Assembly: GCA_036393295.1 (NCBI GenBank)
Contig: DASWHF010000044.1
Coordinates: forward strand, 5,756 to 69,755
Length of the DNA: 64,000 nt
Reading direction: 5' to 3'
DNA from: Acidiferrobacterales bacterium
GTDB taxonomy: Bacteria; Pseudomonadota; Gammaproteobacteria; Acidiferrobacterales; UBA6901
Position 1 is the stretch's first letter. Each line of letters begins with the position of its first letter. The notes beneath the pieces were generated by a model that saw only the letters and a program-made list of their open reading frames with translations, made no database searches and was not told the origin of the DNA. This document shows, piece by piece, positions 52,196-60,358 of the stretch. Made by a program: the position numbers and the translations under genes.

Positions 52196-52667
52196 CAGGG
52201 TTACGGCCGGGGCAGCCAGGGCGGGGTTGGAAGTCCCGTCTACAGTAGAAGGATTATTGACCAGACCCATCAGCACTCTGCGCCAGCAGGTGGGGATCGA
52301 AGTCCGGGTCCTGCGGGTGATGCACGGCTGGAGTCAAGAGGTCCTGGCCGAGGTGGCAGGGTTGCACCGGAACTACGTGGGCTATGTTGAGCGTGGGGAG
52401 CGAAACGTCGGGATAGACAATCTGGAGCGCCTTGCCATGGCCTTGGGGGTGCCGATCGCGTGGCTGATATGGGCGGGCGATGGAGGAACTAGGCGGGAAA
52501 CTGCGGGACCGAAGGAGCAAGATCGCGTTCTCATCGGCCGATTCACCCAGACCTCTTCTGATCACTCGCGTCTTGCGTGTCAGCGCAAAGCTACCGATCC
52601 CTGCGGTTCCGGCAATTGGGCGGATTGCCGCGCGGCCACCGGTCGCAGGTCCGGTTACAGCCGGTAG
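52185..52667 (+). CDS. XRE-family helix-turn-helix regulator (160 aa) with low-complexity tail
   Basis: LRVMHGWSQEVLAEVAGLHRNYVGYVERGERNVGIDNLERLAMALGVP is a clear HTH_XRE. The C-terminal ~70 aa are unstructured-looking and the last codons overlap the convergent OMP gene. Confidence 0.6.
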   Translation: MGRSRVTAGAARAGLEVPSTVEGLLTRPISTLRQQVGIEVRVLRVMHGWSQEVLAEVAGLHRNYVGYVERGERNVGIDNLERLAMALGVPIAWLIWAGDGGTRRETAGPKEQDRVLIGRFTQTSSDHSRLACQRKATDPCGSGNWADCRAATGRRSGYSR

Positions 52668-53602
52668 GCGAGCCCCGCGGCCAGCGTCCAGTCGGCGGTG
52701 AGCTGCACGCCGTTGACGCGCTGGTACAGCGGCAGCTGGACGACACCGTAGAGCTGCCACCGCCGGCCGAGATTCGCCGACAGTCCGGGGCTCAGCCACA
52801 GAAAGCGTCCGCCGCTGTCCAGCGGCTCGGCCTGGTCGCCGCGGTCGCGGCCCTTCACGACCAGGTTGAGCTGGGCGTTGAGCTGCAGCGCGTGGCTGAG
52901 CGGATAGCCGATACCGAGATCGACGCCGACGCTGTTACCGTGCCGGTACTCGTCGCGCATGTTGAGCGGCAGCTGGGCACGCAGCTGCGCGAAGCCGCGC
53001 GCCGGGCGGTTATTGATCTCCACGGTGCCGTGGTAGGCGATGCCCAGCAATGCGTCGGTCGTGCCGCTGCCGGCCTGCAGGCTGCGCTCGGCCTCCTGGC
53101 CGTCGTCGTTGCTGCGGTCATAGCGGCCGGTCGGGAGTTTCACGCCGGCGCTGCCGATCCAGGCGCCGTGCTGCCGGCGCAGGCTCAGGCGCGCATCGCC
53201 GAGACCGTGGAAGTCCCAGCGGTCGTAAAACCGGCTGCCGGCATGGTGGTGTATGTGATCGTGGGCGCGCCGCACCAGCGGCGCCTCGATCGACACCGCG
53301 GTGTCGGCGCCGAGGCCGTGGTCGACGCTCGCGATCAGATTCTGGTTGCGCGTGCGGATCTCGTCATGGTGGCGGTGGACTTCGCCGACCGCGAGCCGCT
53401 CGCTGCGCAGCCGCGGCTGGCTCTGGTCGATGTATTCGTAGCGCAGGCCGAGCAGCGTGCCCGACTCGATCCCGGGCGCGAGCCCGTGCATATCGAAGCT
53501 GCAGAACGCCGCCCCGCAGGAGGCATGAGCCGGCGCGGCGGCCCATAACAGCGGCAGCACGGCAACGCCCGGCAGCAGACGCCTGCTGAGATGAAGGTGC
53601 AT
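52655..53602 (-). CDS. Outer-membrane beta-barrel protein (MetA-pathway/transporter-like family), His-rich
   Basis: Signal peptide ...AAPAHA. His cluster HRHHDE...HDHIHHH. Alternating strands. C-terminal LAAGLAYRL. Confidence 0.7.
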   Translation of the reverse strand: MHLHLSRRLLPGVAVLPLLWAAAPAHASCGAAFCSFDMHGLAPGIESGTLLGLRYEYIDQSQPRLRSERLAVGEVHRHHDEIRTRNQNLIASVDHGLGADTAVSIEAPLVRRAHDHIHHHAGSRFYDRWDFHGLGDARLSLRRQHGAWIGSAGVKLPTGRYDRSNDDGQEAERSLQAGSGTTDALLGIAYHGTVEINNRPARGFAQLRAQLPLNMRDEYRHGNSVGVDLGIGYPLSHALQLNAQLNLVVKGRDRGDQAEPLDSGGRFLWLSPGLSANLGRRWQLYGVVQLPLYQRVNGVQLTADWTLAAGLAYRL

Positions 53603-53793
53603 CGATCCCCCTGGGAAATTGTGCCAATGCGAATCGGTCTTGTTCTCGTGCTCTTCCCCAGCCTAGCAACTCGTCCGGCCATGGCAATTGGACGGATTGT
53701 CGCGCGACAATCGGTCGCAGCCGCCGGCTTTTCCGCGCCCGCCCGGGACGTTACACTGCCTTGGGTGGCGTCCTGCCGCAGCTTGCGAGTGTC

Positions 53794-55080
53794 ATGTCCG
53801 CCATCGATCCGACCGCCATCACCGCCGGCCATGCCCGCAACCTGCGGCGGCTGGTGGCGTTGCGCTTCATCGCCGTCGCCGGGCAGATCGCGGTGGTGGG
53901 CGTGGCGGTCGGCGTGCTGCGGGTGGCGCTGCCGGTCACGCCGCTGGCGGCGCTGATCGCGGCGCTGTTGGCGGTCAACCTGATCACCGCGCTGCGCCTG
54001 ACACGCGGCCGGCCGGTGTCGGAGCACGAGCTGTTCGCGCAGCTGCTGGTGGACGTGGCGGTGCTGACCGGCCTGCTGTACCTGAGCGGCGGCTCGACCA
54101 ATCCCTTCACGCTGCTTTACCTCATGCCGATCACCTTGAGCGCCGCGGCGCTGCCGGGGCGCTACACCTGGATGATGGCGGGCGCGACCGCGGCCTGCTA
54201 CAGCCTGCTGATGTTCCATTACGTGCCGCTGCCGCACGCCCATGGCCACGCCGGCGCCGATTTCGACCTGCACGTCCTGGGCATGTGGCTCGGATTCGTG
54301 CTGAGCGCGGGGCTCATCGCCTACTTCGTGGTGCGCATGGGCGAGACGCTGCGGGCGCGCGACGCCGCGCTGGCGCGGCTGCGCGAGGACGCGCTGCGCA
54401 GCGAGCGCATCCTCGCGCTCGGCACGCTCGCCACCGGCGCCGCGCACGAGCTCGGCACGCCGTTGTCCACCGTGGCGGTGCTGGCGCGCGAGCTGGACGG
54501 CGACCTGCCCGCCGGCGAGCGCGCGCGCAAGCTGGCGGTGATGCGCGACCAGGTGCAGCGCTGCAAGGAGATCCTGGCGCGCCTCACCGCGAGCGCCGGC
54601 GAGCGTCCGGCGGCCTCGGGCCGTGGGTTGCCGGTGGCCGATTACCTCGCCGGGCTGGCGGCGCAGTGGCGGGCGCTGCGGCCGGACGTCGCGCTGGAAA
54701 CGCGCCTCGACGCCCCGCGGCCCGGCCCGGCGATCGTCGTCGACGAGACGCTCAGCCAGGCGCTGACCAATCTGTTCAACAACGCCGCCGATGCCTCGCC
54801 CGAGCGGGTCGAGCTGCATGCGCGTTGGGATGCCGACGAGGTCGCCGTCGAGGTCTGCGACCGCGGGCCGGGGCTGCCGGCGGAGGTCGCGCGCCTGGCC
54901 GGCAGCGCGTTCTTCACCACCAAGGCGCCGGGCCAGGGGCTCGGTCTGGGGCTGTTCCTGGCGCGGGCCACCGCCCAGCGCCTGGGCGGCAGCCTGACAT
55001 TGACCAACCGGGACGGCGGCGGGGCCTGTGCGCGGCTCCTGCTGCCGCTCGAAACCATCCAGGTAAGCGAGGCACTATGA
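53794..55080 (+). CDS. regB: Redox-responsive sensor histidine kinase RegB/PrrB/RoxS family
   Basis: Start trimmed to MSAIDPTAI. Polytopic N-terminus containing the family-specific quinone-site heptapeptide GGSTNPF. H-box AAHELGTPLST. N/G boxes (NLFNNAADA, DRGPGL, GQGLGLGL). Confidence 0.85.
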   Translation: MSAIDPTAITAGHARNLRRLVALRFIAVAGQIAVVGVAVGVLRVALPVTPLAALIAALLAVNLITALRLTRGRPVSEHELFAQLLVDVAVLTGLLYLSGGSTNPFTLLYLMPITLSAAALPGRYTWMMAGATAACYSLLMFHYVPLPHAHGHAGADFDLHVLGMWLGFVLSAGLIAYFVVRMGETLRARDAALARLREDALRSERILALGTLATGAAHELGTPLSTVAVLARELDGDLPAGERARKLAVMRDQVQRCKEILARLTASAGERPAASGRGLPVADYLAGLAAQWRALRPDVALETRLDAPRPGPAIVVDETLSQALTNLFNNAADASPERVELHARWDADEVAVEVCDRGPGLPAEVARLAGSAFFTTKAPGQGLGLGLFLARATAQRLGGSLTLTNRDGGGACARLLLPLETIQVSEAL

Positions 55081-55628
55081 GCGAGAAAACACGTGACGAC
55101 GACGGCGACCGGCCGGACCTGCTGCTGGTCGATGACGACAAGACCTTTTGCGAGGTGATGGGCGACGCGCTCGCCAAGCGCGGATTCGAGGTGCGCCTGG
55201 CGCACGACGTCGCCGCCGGCCTCAAGGCCGCCGAGGCGAGCCCGCCGGAGTACGCGCTGGTCGATCTGAAGATGCCGGGACCGTCCGGCCTGGAGCTGGT
55301 CAAACGCCTGAAGCAGCTCGACGAGCACACCCGCATCGTCGTGCTCACCGGTTACGCCAGCATCGCCACCGCCGTCGAGGCGATCAAGCTCGGGGCCATC
55401 CACTACCTCACCAAGCCGGCCGACGCCGACGACGTGGTCGCGGCCTTCGGCCGGCTCGGCGGCGACGCCGGCGCGGCGGTCGCGCACCGTCCGCTGTCGG
55501 TGCAGCGTGTGGAGTGGGAGCACATTCAGAAGGTGCTCAACGACAGCAAGGGCAACATCTCCGAGACCGCGCGGCGCCTGGGGATGCACCGGCGCACCTT
55601 GCAGCGCAAGCTGCAAAAGAAAGTTTGA
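55077..55628 (+). CDS. regA: Response regulator RegA/PrrA/ActR/RoxR family
   Basis: ATGA overlap with the regB stop. REC domain (LLLVDDD...YALVDLKMPG...TKP). Highly conserved Fis-type HTH NISETARRLGMHRRTLQRKLQK. Confidence 0.9.
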   Translation: MSEKTRDDDGDRPDLLLVDDDKTFCEVMGDALAKRGFEVRLAHDVAAGLKAAEASPPEYALVDLKMPGPSGLELVKRLKQLDEHTRIVVLTGYASIATAVEAIKLGAIHYLTKPADADDVVAAFGRLGGDAGAAVAHRPLSVQRVEWEHIQKVLNDSKGNISETARRLGMHRRTLQRKLQKKV

Positions 55629-55629
55629 A

Positions 55630-55662
55630 AGGGGTCGGAGACGAACTTCGTCTCCGACCCCT
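55630..55662. terminator. Hairpin between convergent regA and hflD (family 3 motif forms the stem)
   Basis: AGGGGTCGGAGAC-loop-GTCTCCGACCCCT. A T-run is present only on the minus-strand reading (CCCCTTTC). Confidence 0.5.
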
Positions 55663-55666
55663 GTCC

Positions 55667-56329
55667 TTATACTTGGCAGCGCGGCAGGATGGTCTCGCGC
55701 AGCGCCGCGGCCTGGCGGGTGAGCTTGCGGCGGCCGAAGACGAGCTGCCAGCGGCTGCCGCCGAGCTGGCGCCACAGCACGGCCGCGCGCACGCCGGCGA
55801 GCAACGCGGCGCGGATGCGTTCGGCGATGGCCGGCGTTGCCAGGAAGCTCGGCTCGCCGTTCACCATGATGCGCGGGGTGAGGGTGCTGAGCGTCTGGGC
55901 GTAGACCTCGGCGAGACGCGCGACCAGGCTGGGGTGCACGCCCTCGCCGTCGTCGTCCTGGGTGAAGAAGCTGCGCTGCGCCTGCGCCGCCTCGATGCCG
56001 CGCCGCAGCGCGTCGAGCATCGACGGGTGGCGTCGCAGCCGGCCCTGCAGGTGAATGATTCCGATCACGTAGCGCGCCAGCTCCAGCTCGAGCGGCCCGT
56101 TGTGGCGGCCGTCGAGCTTGTCGCGCAGTATCTCCAGGCCGAGCGCCAGACCCGCCACGTCGCCGTAGACATCGATCGGCTCCTTCGGATCGAGCACCAG
56201 GATACTGTCGATGCTCGCCCGGTAGGCGGCGCTGTCGCCATGGCCCTCACGTGCGAGCTGCTGCACCAGGCGCGCCGCCTGAAACACGCCGGCCAAAGCC
56301 AGAACCCGATGTGAACTGTCGCTGGACAT
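55667..56329 (-). CDS. hflD: High-frequency-of-lysogenization protein HflD homologue
   Basis: Start trimmed to MSSDSSHRVLALAGVFQAARLVQQLA, a typical HflD N-terminus. 220 aa. Confidence 0.85.
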   Translation of the reverse strand: MSSDSSHRVLALAGVFQAARLVQQLAREGHGDSAAYRASIDSILVLDPKEPIDVYGDVAGLALGLEILRDKLDGRHNGPLELELARYVIGIIHLQGRLRRHPSMLDALRRGIEAAQAQRSFFTQDDDGEGVHPSLVARLAEVYAQTLSTLTPRIMVNGEPSFLATPAIAERIRAALLAGVRAAVLWRQLGGSRWQLVFGRRKLTRQAAALRETILPRCQV

Positions 56330-56406
56330 TATGTGTCGTATCAAGCCCGCAGGACGGAAAAAGGAGTCGGCGAAGTCGACCGGGACCGAAAAGCAGGCCG
56401 TCCGGG

Positions 56407-56448
56407 CCTTCCTTTCCTCTTTTCTCTCGCCGCTTTTCTCTGCCTCTC
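56407..56448. repeat. Family 2 element, degenerate copy 3 (pyrimidine arm well conserved, purine arm eroded)
   Basis: CCTTCCTTTCCTCTTTTCTCTCGCCGCTTTTCTCTGCCTCTC. The reverse complement shares GGCAGAGAAAAG...GAGAAAAGAGGAAAGG with copies 1 and 2. The purine-rich partner GGACGGAAAAAGGAG lies at ~56352. Confidence 0.6.
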
Positions 56449-56707
56449 ACGCATCCTTGAGGCAGGTGCGCTCGACCTCGACCTCGCGCACGCCGGGTAT
56501 CGCCGCGACCGCGCCGCGGATGCTGTCGACGATGCGGTCGGCGAACGGGCAGTGCGGAGTGGTGAGCTGGATGTCCAGGTGCACGAAGTCGCCGGCGATG
56601 TCGACGTCCTGAATGAAGCCCAGCTCGACCACGCTGTGGTTGAGCTCGGGATCCATGACCTTGCGGAGCGCGTCCAGGACCTTCTGTTCGGTGATCGAAG
56701 TCGCCAT
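56447..56707 (-). CDS. DUF59/MIP18-family Fe-S assembly-related protein (SufT-like)
   Basis: VMDPELNHSVVELGFI...LTTPHCPF motif; 86 aa. Confidence 0.8.
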   Translation of the reverse strand: MATSITEQKVLDALRKVMDPELNHSVVELGFIQDVDIAGDFVHLDIQLTTPHCPFADRIVDSIRGAVAAIPGVREVEVERTCLKDA

Positions 56708-56816
56708 GGTGAATCCTCGGTTGCCGTTACCTTCAGTGTAACAGAGCCGGCCGGCACCGGCCGGCTTTCCCGAGTGAAATGGTCGGGGACGGGCCCCGCG
56801 TCCAGCCGGTCGCCGC

Positions 56817-57257
56817 CTAGAACTTCAGCGGTTTGACCGGCGCCTCCATCCAGCTCGGGTCGCGCCGCCAGTCGAATGCGGGATCATCGACGAACAGCTC
56901 GACCTCGTTGCCGTCCGGGTCGTGCAGATAGAGGCTCTGGCTCACCGTATGGTCCGTGGCGCCGGCGAGCTCGAGGCCGGCCGCGGCGATGCGCTCGCGC
57001 GCGCGCCGCAAGGCCAGCAGGTCCTCGCCGATCTTCCAGCCGACGTGATAGAGGCCGAGCCGCCGGCCGTTGAGCGGTCCCGGCGCATCGCCCACCTCGA
57101 TCAGCAGCAGCTCGTGGTGGGTCCGGCCGCCGCTCAGCAATGCCCCGCGGCCGCCGAAAATTGTCCCGACCTCCTTGAGTCCGACGACATTCCGGTAAAA
57201 TGCGACCGACGGCAAGAGTTGCCGGACGTACAGCACCACATGGCCGAGTTCCGTCAT
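56817..57257 (-). CDS. VOC-family (glyoxalase/bleomycin-resistance/extradiol dioxygenase) protein
   Basis: LGHVVLYV...HHELLL...YHVGW...LYLHDPDGNEVELF paired beta-alpha-beta-beta-beta modules. Confidence 0.8.
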   Translation of the reverse strand: MTELGHVVLYVRQLLPSVAFYRNVVGLKEVGTIFGGRGALLSGGRTHHELLLIEVGDAPGPLNGRRLGLYHVGWKIGEDLLALRRARERIAAAGLELAGATDHTVSQSLYLHDPDGNEVELFVDDPAFDWRRDPSWMEAPVKPLKF

Positions 57258-57397
57258 GGTTCCGTCCTCGCGGGTGACGGCTGTCCGCCCAAACGCCGGT
57301 AACCGGCGGATTGCCTTGGTCTATTGTTACAGCATATGGTATTGGCATTCTAATTGCTTTTCTAACAGCAAGGCCGGGGCGGGTCCGGGAGCAAGCA

Positions 57398-58579
57398 ATG
57401 GACATGGGTGACGTGCCGATCAAGGCGAAAATGGGCCTCATCATGTCGGGGGGCGGGGCGCGCGCGGCCTACCAGGTCGGGGTGCTCAAGGCGATCGCGC
57501 AGATACTGCCCGGCGGCCATCCGCAGCCGTTCCAGATCATCTGCGGCGCCTCGGCCGGTGCCATCAACTCCACCGCGCTCGCGGTCTATGCGCCGAACTT
57601 CCGCAACGCGGTCAGGCGTCTCGAGAAGGTCTGGGCCAACTTCCAGGTGCACCACGTGTTCCGCGCCGACACCACCGGCATGTTGCGCAACTGGCTGCGC
57701 TGGTGGTCGGCGCTGTTTATGGGCGGCATGGGCGGGGGTATCCCGGTGGCGCTGCTCGACCGCGCGCCGTTGCGCGCGCTGCTGGCCCGCACCCTGCCCT
57801 GCGAGCGCATCCAGGACGCCATCGACGCCGGTCTGTTGCACGCGATCAGCATCGCGGCCTCGGGCTATAGCTCCGGCCAATCGGTGAATTTCTTCCAGGG
57901 CGCCGACGGCATCCCGACGTGGCGGCGCGCGTCCCGGGTCGGCTGCGCGGCCCGGATCGGCATCGATCACCTCATGGCCTCGTCGGCGATCCCGTTCCTG
58001 TTCGAGGCGGTGCGGATCAACCGCGAGTATTTCGGCGACGGCTCGATGCGCCAGATTGCGCCGACCAGTCCGGCGATCCACTTCGGTGCCGACCGCATCC
58101 TGGTGATCGGCGTGCGCCAGGAGCGCAACGGTACGCCGCCGCGCGCTAACCAGCCATCGGAGTACCCGTCGCTGGCGCAGATCGGCGGCCATGTCCTGAG
58201 CAGCATTTTCCTCGATGCCATGGAGGCGGACCTGGAGCGGCTCAACCGCATCAACGAGACCCTGAGCCTGATCCCCTCGCATGTGCTGATCGACACCGGC
58301 AAGCACGCCACGCTGCGGCGCGTCGACACGCTGCTGATCGCGCCGAGCCAGGACATCGGCGCCATCGCCGCGCGCTACAAGCACCACTTTCCGCGGCCGA
58401 TGCGCTTCCTGATGCGCGGCCTGGGCGCCTACCGGCGCGGCGGCGCGGATCTGCTGAGCTACCTGCTGTTCGAGAAGCCCTATTGCCGCGAGCTCATCGA
58501 CCTCGGCTACGCCGACGCGATGCGCCGCCGCGAGCAGGTCGCCGAGTTTTTCCGCCCCGCGCTCGCGGGTGCAGGCTAA
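57398..58579 (+). CDS. Patatin-like phospholipase
   Basis: Start trimmed to MDMGDVPIKAKMGLIMSGGGARAAY (oxyanion GGGxR). GxSxG as GASAG. Catalytic Asp in FGDGSM. Confidence 0.85.
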   Translation: MDMGDVPIKAKMGLIMSGGGARAAYQVGVLKAIAQILPGGHPQPFQIICGASAGAINSTALAVYAPNFRNAVRRLEKVWANFQVHHVFRADTTGMLRNWLRWWSALFMGGMGGGIPVALLDRAPLRALLARTLPCERIQDAIDAGLLHAISIAASGYSSGQSVNFFQGADGIPTWRRASRVGCAARIGIDHLMASSAIPFLFEAVRINREYFGDGSMRQIAPTSPAIHFGADRILVIGVRQERNGTPPRANQPSEYPSLAQIGGHVLSSIFLDAMEADLERLNRINETLSLIPSHVLIDTGKHATLRRVDTLLIAPSQDIGAIAARYKHHFPRPMRFLMRGLGAYRRGGADLLSYLLFEKPYCRELIDLGYADAMRRREQVAEFFRPALAGAG

Positions 58580-58600
58580 GGCCGTTCCGGGAATCGTGCC

Positions 58601-59296
58601 TCAGGCGCTGGGCGGCCGGCTGCGCTTGCTCTTGAGCCAGCGGATGATCGGCCGCCACTGATCGAGGTCGGTCGACACCGAGGCCGGTCCCAGCTCGAAG
58701 ATGCCCAGGCCGCGCTCGGCGGCGGTGATGTAGTGCTGGCTCTCGCGCAGGCTGGTCAGGAACGGCAGCCCCAGGCCCTCGAGGAACTCCCGGAGCGTAT
58801 CGTAGGCCCGGGTGTTCTCCTTGACGCGGTTGGCCAGCACCGCGACCTTGGCCGGCAGGTTGGCCTTGCGGTGCACCTGCAAGAGCTCGTAGATGAAATC
58901 CTGGGCGGCGCGGATGTCCATCGGCGAGGGCTGCACCGGGATCAGCACGGTCTGGGAGCGCCGCAGGAGCTTCGCCATGCGACGGTCGCGCACGCCGGCG
59001 GCGACGTCCAGGATCACGGTGTCGATGGCCTGCGGCAGCCACTGGGACTCGCGCCAGGCCGCCAGGCCGTGGATCGGCGGCAGCTTGTCGGGGCGCTGGC
59101 CGAGCCAGGCGATGCTGGAGCCCTGGGGATCGAAGTCGGCCAGCGCCACCGGCACGCCGGCGGTGGCGTAGTAGCTCGCGAGGTTGGTGGCGACGGTGGT
59201 CTTGCCGCTGCCGCCCTTGCTGTTGATGACCATGATGGAACGTGTCTTGTAACCGAGCGGCTTGTATTCCCCCGACAGCATCTCGTACAAGTTCAT
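58601..59296 (-). CDS. Orphan ParA/MinD-superfamily ATPase (231 aa)
   Basis: C-terminal part of ORF 58601..59611, starting at MNLYEM. Deviant Walker A NSKGGSGKTT, DFDPQGS, Walker B VILDVAAG. Basic C-terminal tail KSKRSRPP. Confidence 0.8.
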   Translation of the reverse strand: MNLYEMLSGEYKPLGYKTRSIMVINSKGGSGKTTVATNLASYYATAGVPVALADFDPQGSSIAWLGQRPDKLPPIHGLAAWRESQWLPQAIDTVILDVAAGVRDRRMAKLLRRSQTVLIPVQPSPMDIRAAQDFIYELLQVHRKANLPAKVAVLANRVKENTRAYDTLREFLEGLGLPFLTSLRESQHYITAAERGLGIFELGPASVSTDLDQWRPIIRWLKSKRSRPPSA

Positions 59297-59324
59297 CGTT
59301 GTTGTCCTCGGCGCGTTGTTATTT

Positions 59325-59499
59325 CCAGCAGGCTGCTGACGAAGGCCCCTTTCGGGTAAAGCTCGTCTTTCAGCAGCCTGCTGGGCGGTCGACGGATCGA
59401 CCGGCATTTTCCAAACATTCACGTGTTTGGAAAATGGAGCAAAGCAAAAATCACATTTTTGCTTTGCGTAGCCGAAAAGTCGCGGAACGACTTTTCGGC
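59325..59499. other. Array of five consecutive perfect hairpins / inverted repeats in a 421-nt divergent intergenic region
   Basis: IR1 CCAGCAGGCTGCTGA/TCAGCAGCCTGCTGG (59325-59384, 30-nt loop). IR2 CGGTCGA/TCGACCG (59386-59403). IR3 CATTTTCCAAACA/TGTTTGGAAAATG (59405-59436). IR4 GCAAAGCAAAAAT/ATTTTTGCTTTGC (59439-59467). IR5 GCCGAAAAGTCG/CGACTTTTCGGC (59471-59499). Confidence 0.8.
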
Positions 59500-59717
59500 A
59501 TTCTACTGGCGGATCGGGGCTGCGCCCCGTTACCGTCCCTTGCCGGTGCGGTCGGCGGGCGCGGGGCCCGCGGCCGGTCTCCAGTGTGGCGGCGTCGCCC
59601 GGGCCCGTCAACCGGCCGGGGCGCGCCGGTCACCGGATTTTCCGGCCGCGACGGCTGCGTGTATCATGCGCCTCACGCGCCGCATGCCGGCGGCGCGCGA
59701 TTCCGCGGAGAACGACA

Positions 59718-60344
59718 ATGAGCGACGCATTGACTTACCTGGTGAAGGCGCGACCGGACGCGCTGGGCGGCTATTTCAAGTTCCTGAAGGAGGCCGGCAA
59801 GCATCTCGACCCCAAGACCCGCTCACTGATCTCGGTCATCACCAAGGTCGACGCCCAGACCGAGAACGGCCTGCGCCAGTACCTGCCGCGCGCACTGCGC
59901 GACGGCGCTTCGCCGGACGAGATCATAGACGCCCTGTTGATGGCTTTCCCGACCTTGGGGTTGGCCAAGATCGTGTGGGCCTTCGACATCATCCTGGACA
60001 TGGACATCCCCGAGTTCCGCCCCGAATTGCTGGGCATGGAGTCCCGGTGGCACGACGTGATCGCGGTGAGCGGGATCAAGGACCAGGACATCACCTACAC
60101 CGACTGCGACAGCCGCAGCCTGTTCATCTACCGGACCGGCGACGAGTACCGCGTCTACGACAGCCGCTGCCCGCACCAGGTGACTAACATTCCACACCTG
60201 GCGCTGGAAGGCAGGCAGCTCACCTGCCCCAAACATCAGTGGGCCTTCGACGTCACCACCGGCCAGTGCATCGCCAAGGGCGACCGGCCGCTCACGCGGT
60301 TCGATCACAAGGTCGAGAAGGGTAGGCTGCTGGCGCACTGGTAG
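59718..60344 (+). CDS. Fusion protein: carboxymuconolactone-decarboxylase (AhpD-like) domain + Rieske [2Fe-2S] domain
   Basis: Start trimmed to MSDALTYL. The N-terminal ~100 aa resemble CMD/AhpD-like helical proteins. The C-terminus has Rieske ligands CPH (CPHQV) and CPKH (CPKHQW). Confidence 0.7.
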   Translation: MSDALTYLVKARPDALGGYFKFLKEAGKHLDPKTRSLISVITKVDAQTENGLRQYLPRALRDGASPDEIIDALLMAFPTLGLAKIVWAFDIILDMDIPEFRPELLGMESRWHDVIAVSGIKDQDITYTDCDSRSLFIYRTGDEYRVYDSRCPHQVTNIPHLALEGRQLTCPKHQWAFDVTTGQCIAKGDRPLTRFDHKVEKGRLLAHW

Positions 60345-60358
60345 CGCCGCCGGCCCCA

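Noticed and set aside
52254-52799. 181-aa minus-strand ORF overlapping XRE2 and the OMP 3' end
   Set aside because: It has Arg/Ala/Pro-rich low complexity and no motif. It overlaps a clear HTH domain on the other strand.
57398-58579. Patatin-like phospholipase as a CBASS-type defence effector
   Set aside because: There is no adjacent cyclic-oligonucleotide synthase (CD-NTase) or other CBASS component. G+C and neighbours (VOC protein, ParA-like) look like ordinary chromosome, and it resembles the common RssA/YjjU-type housekeeping patatins.
58601-59296. ParA-like gene as part of a chromosome or plasmid partition locus
   Set aside because: No parB or small centromere-binding protein gene is adjacent, and there are no replication genes. 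The upstream hairpins are reported only as a hypothesis.
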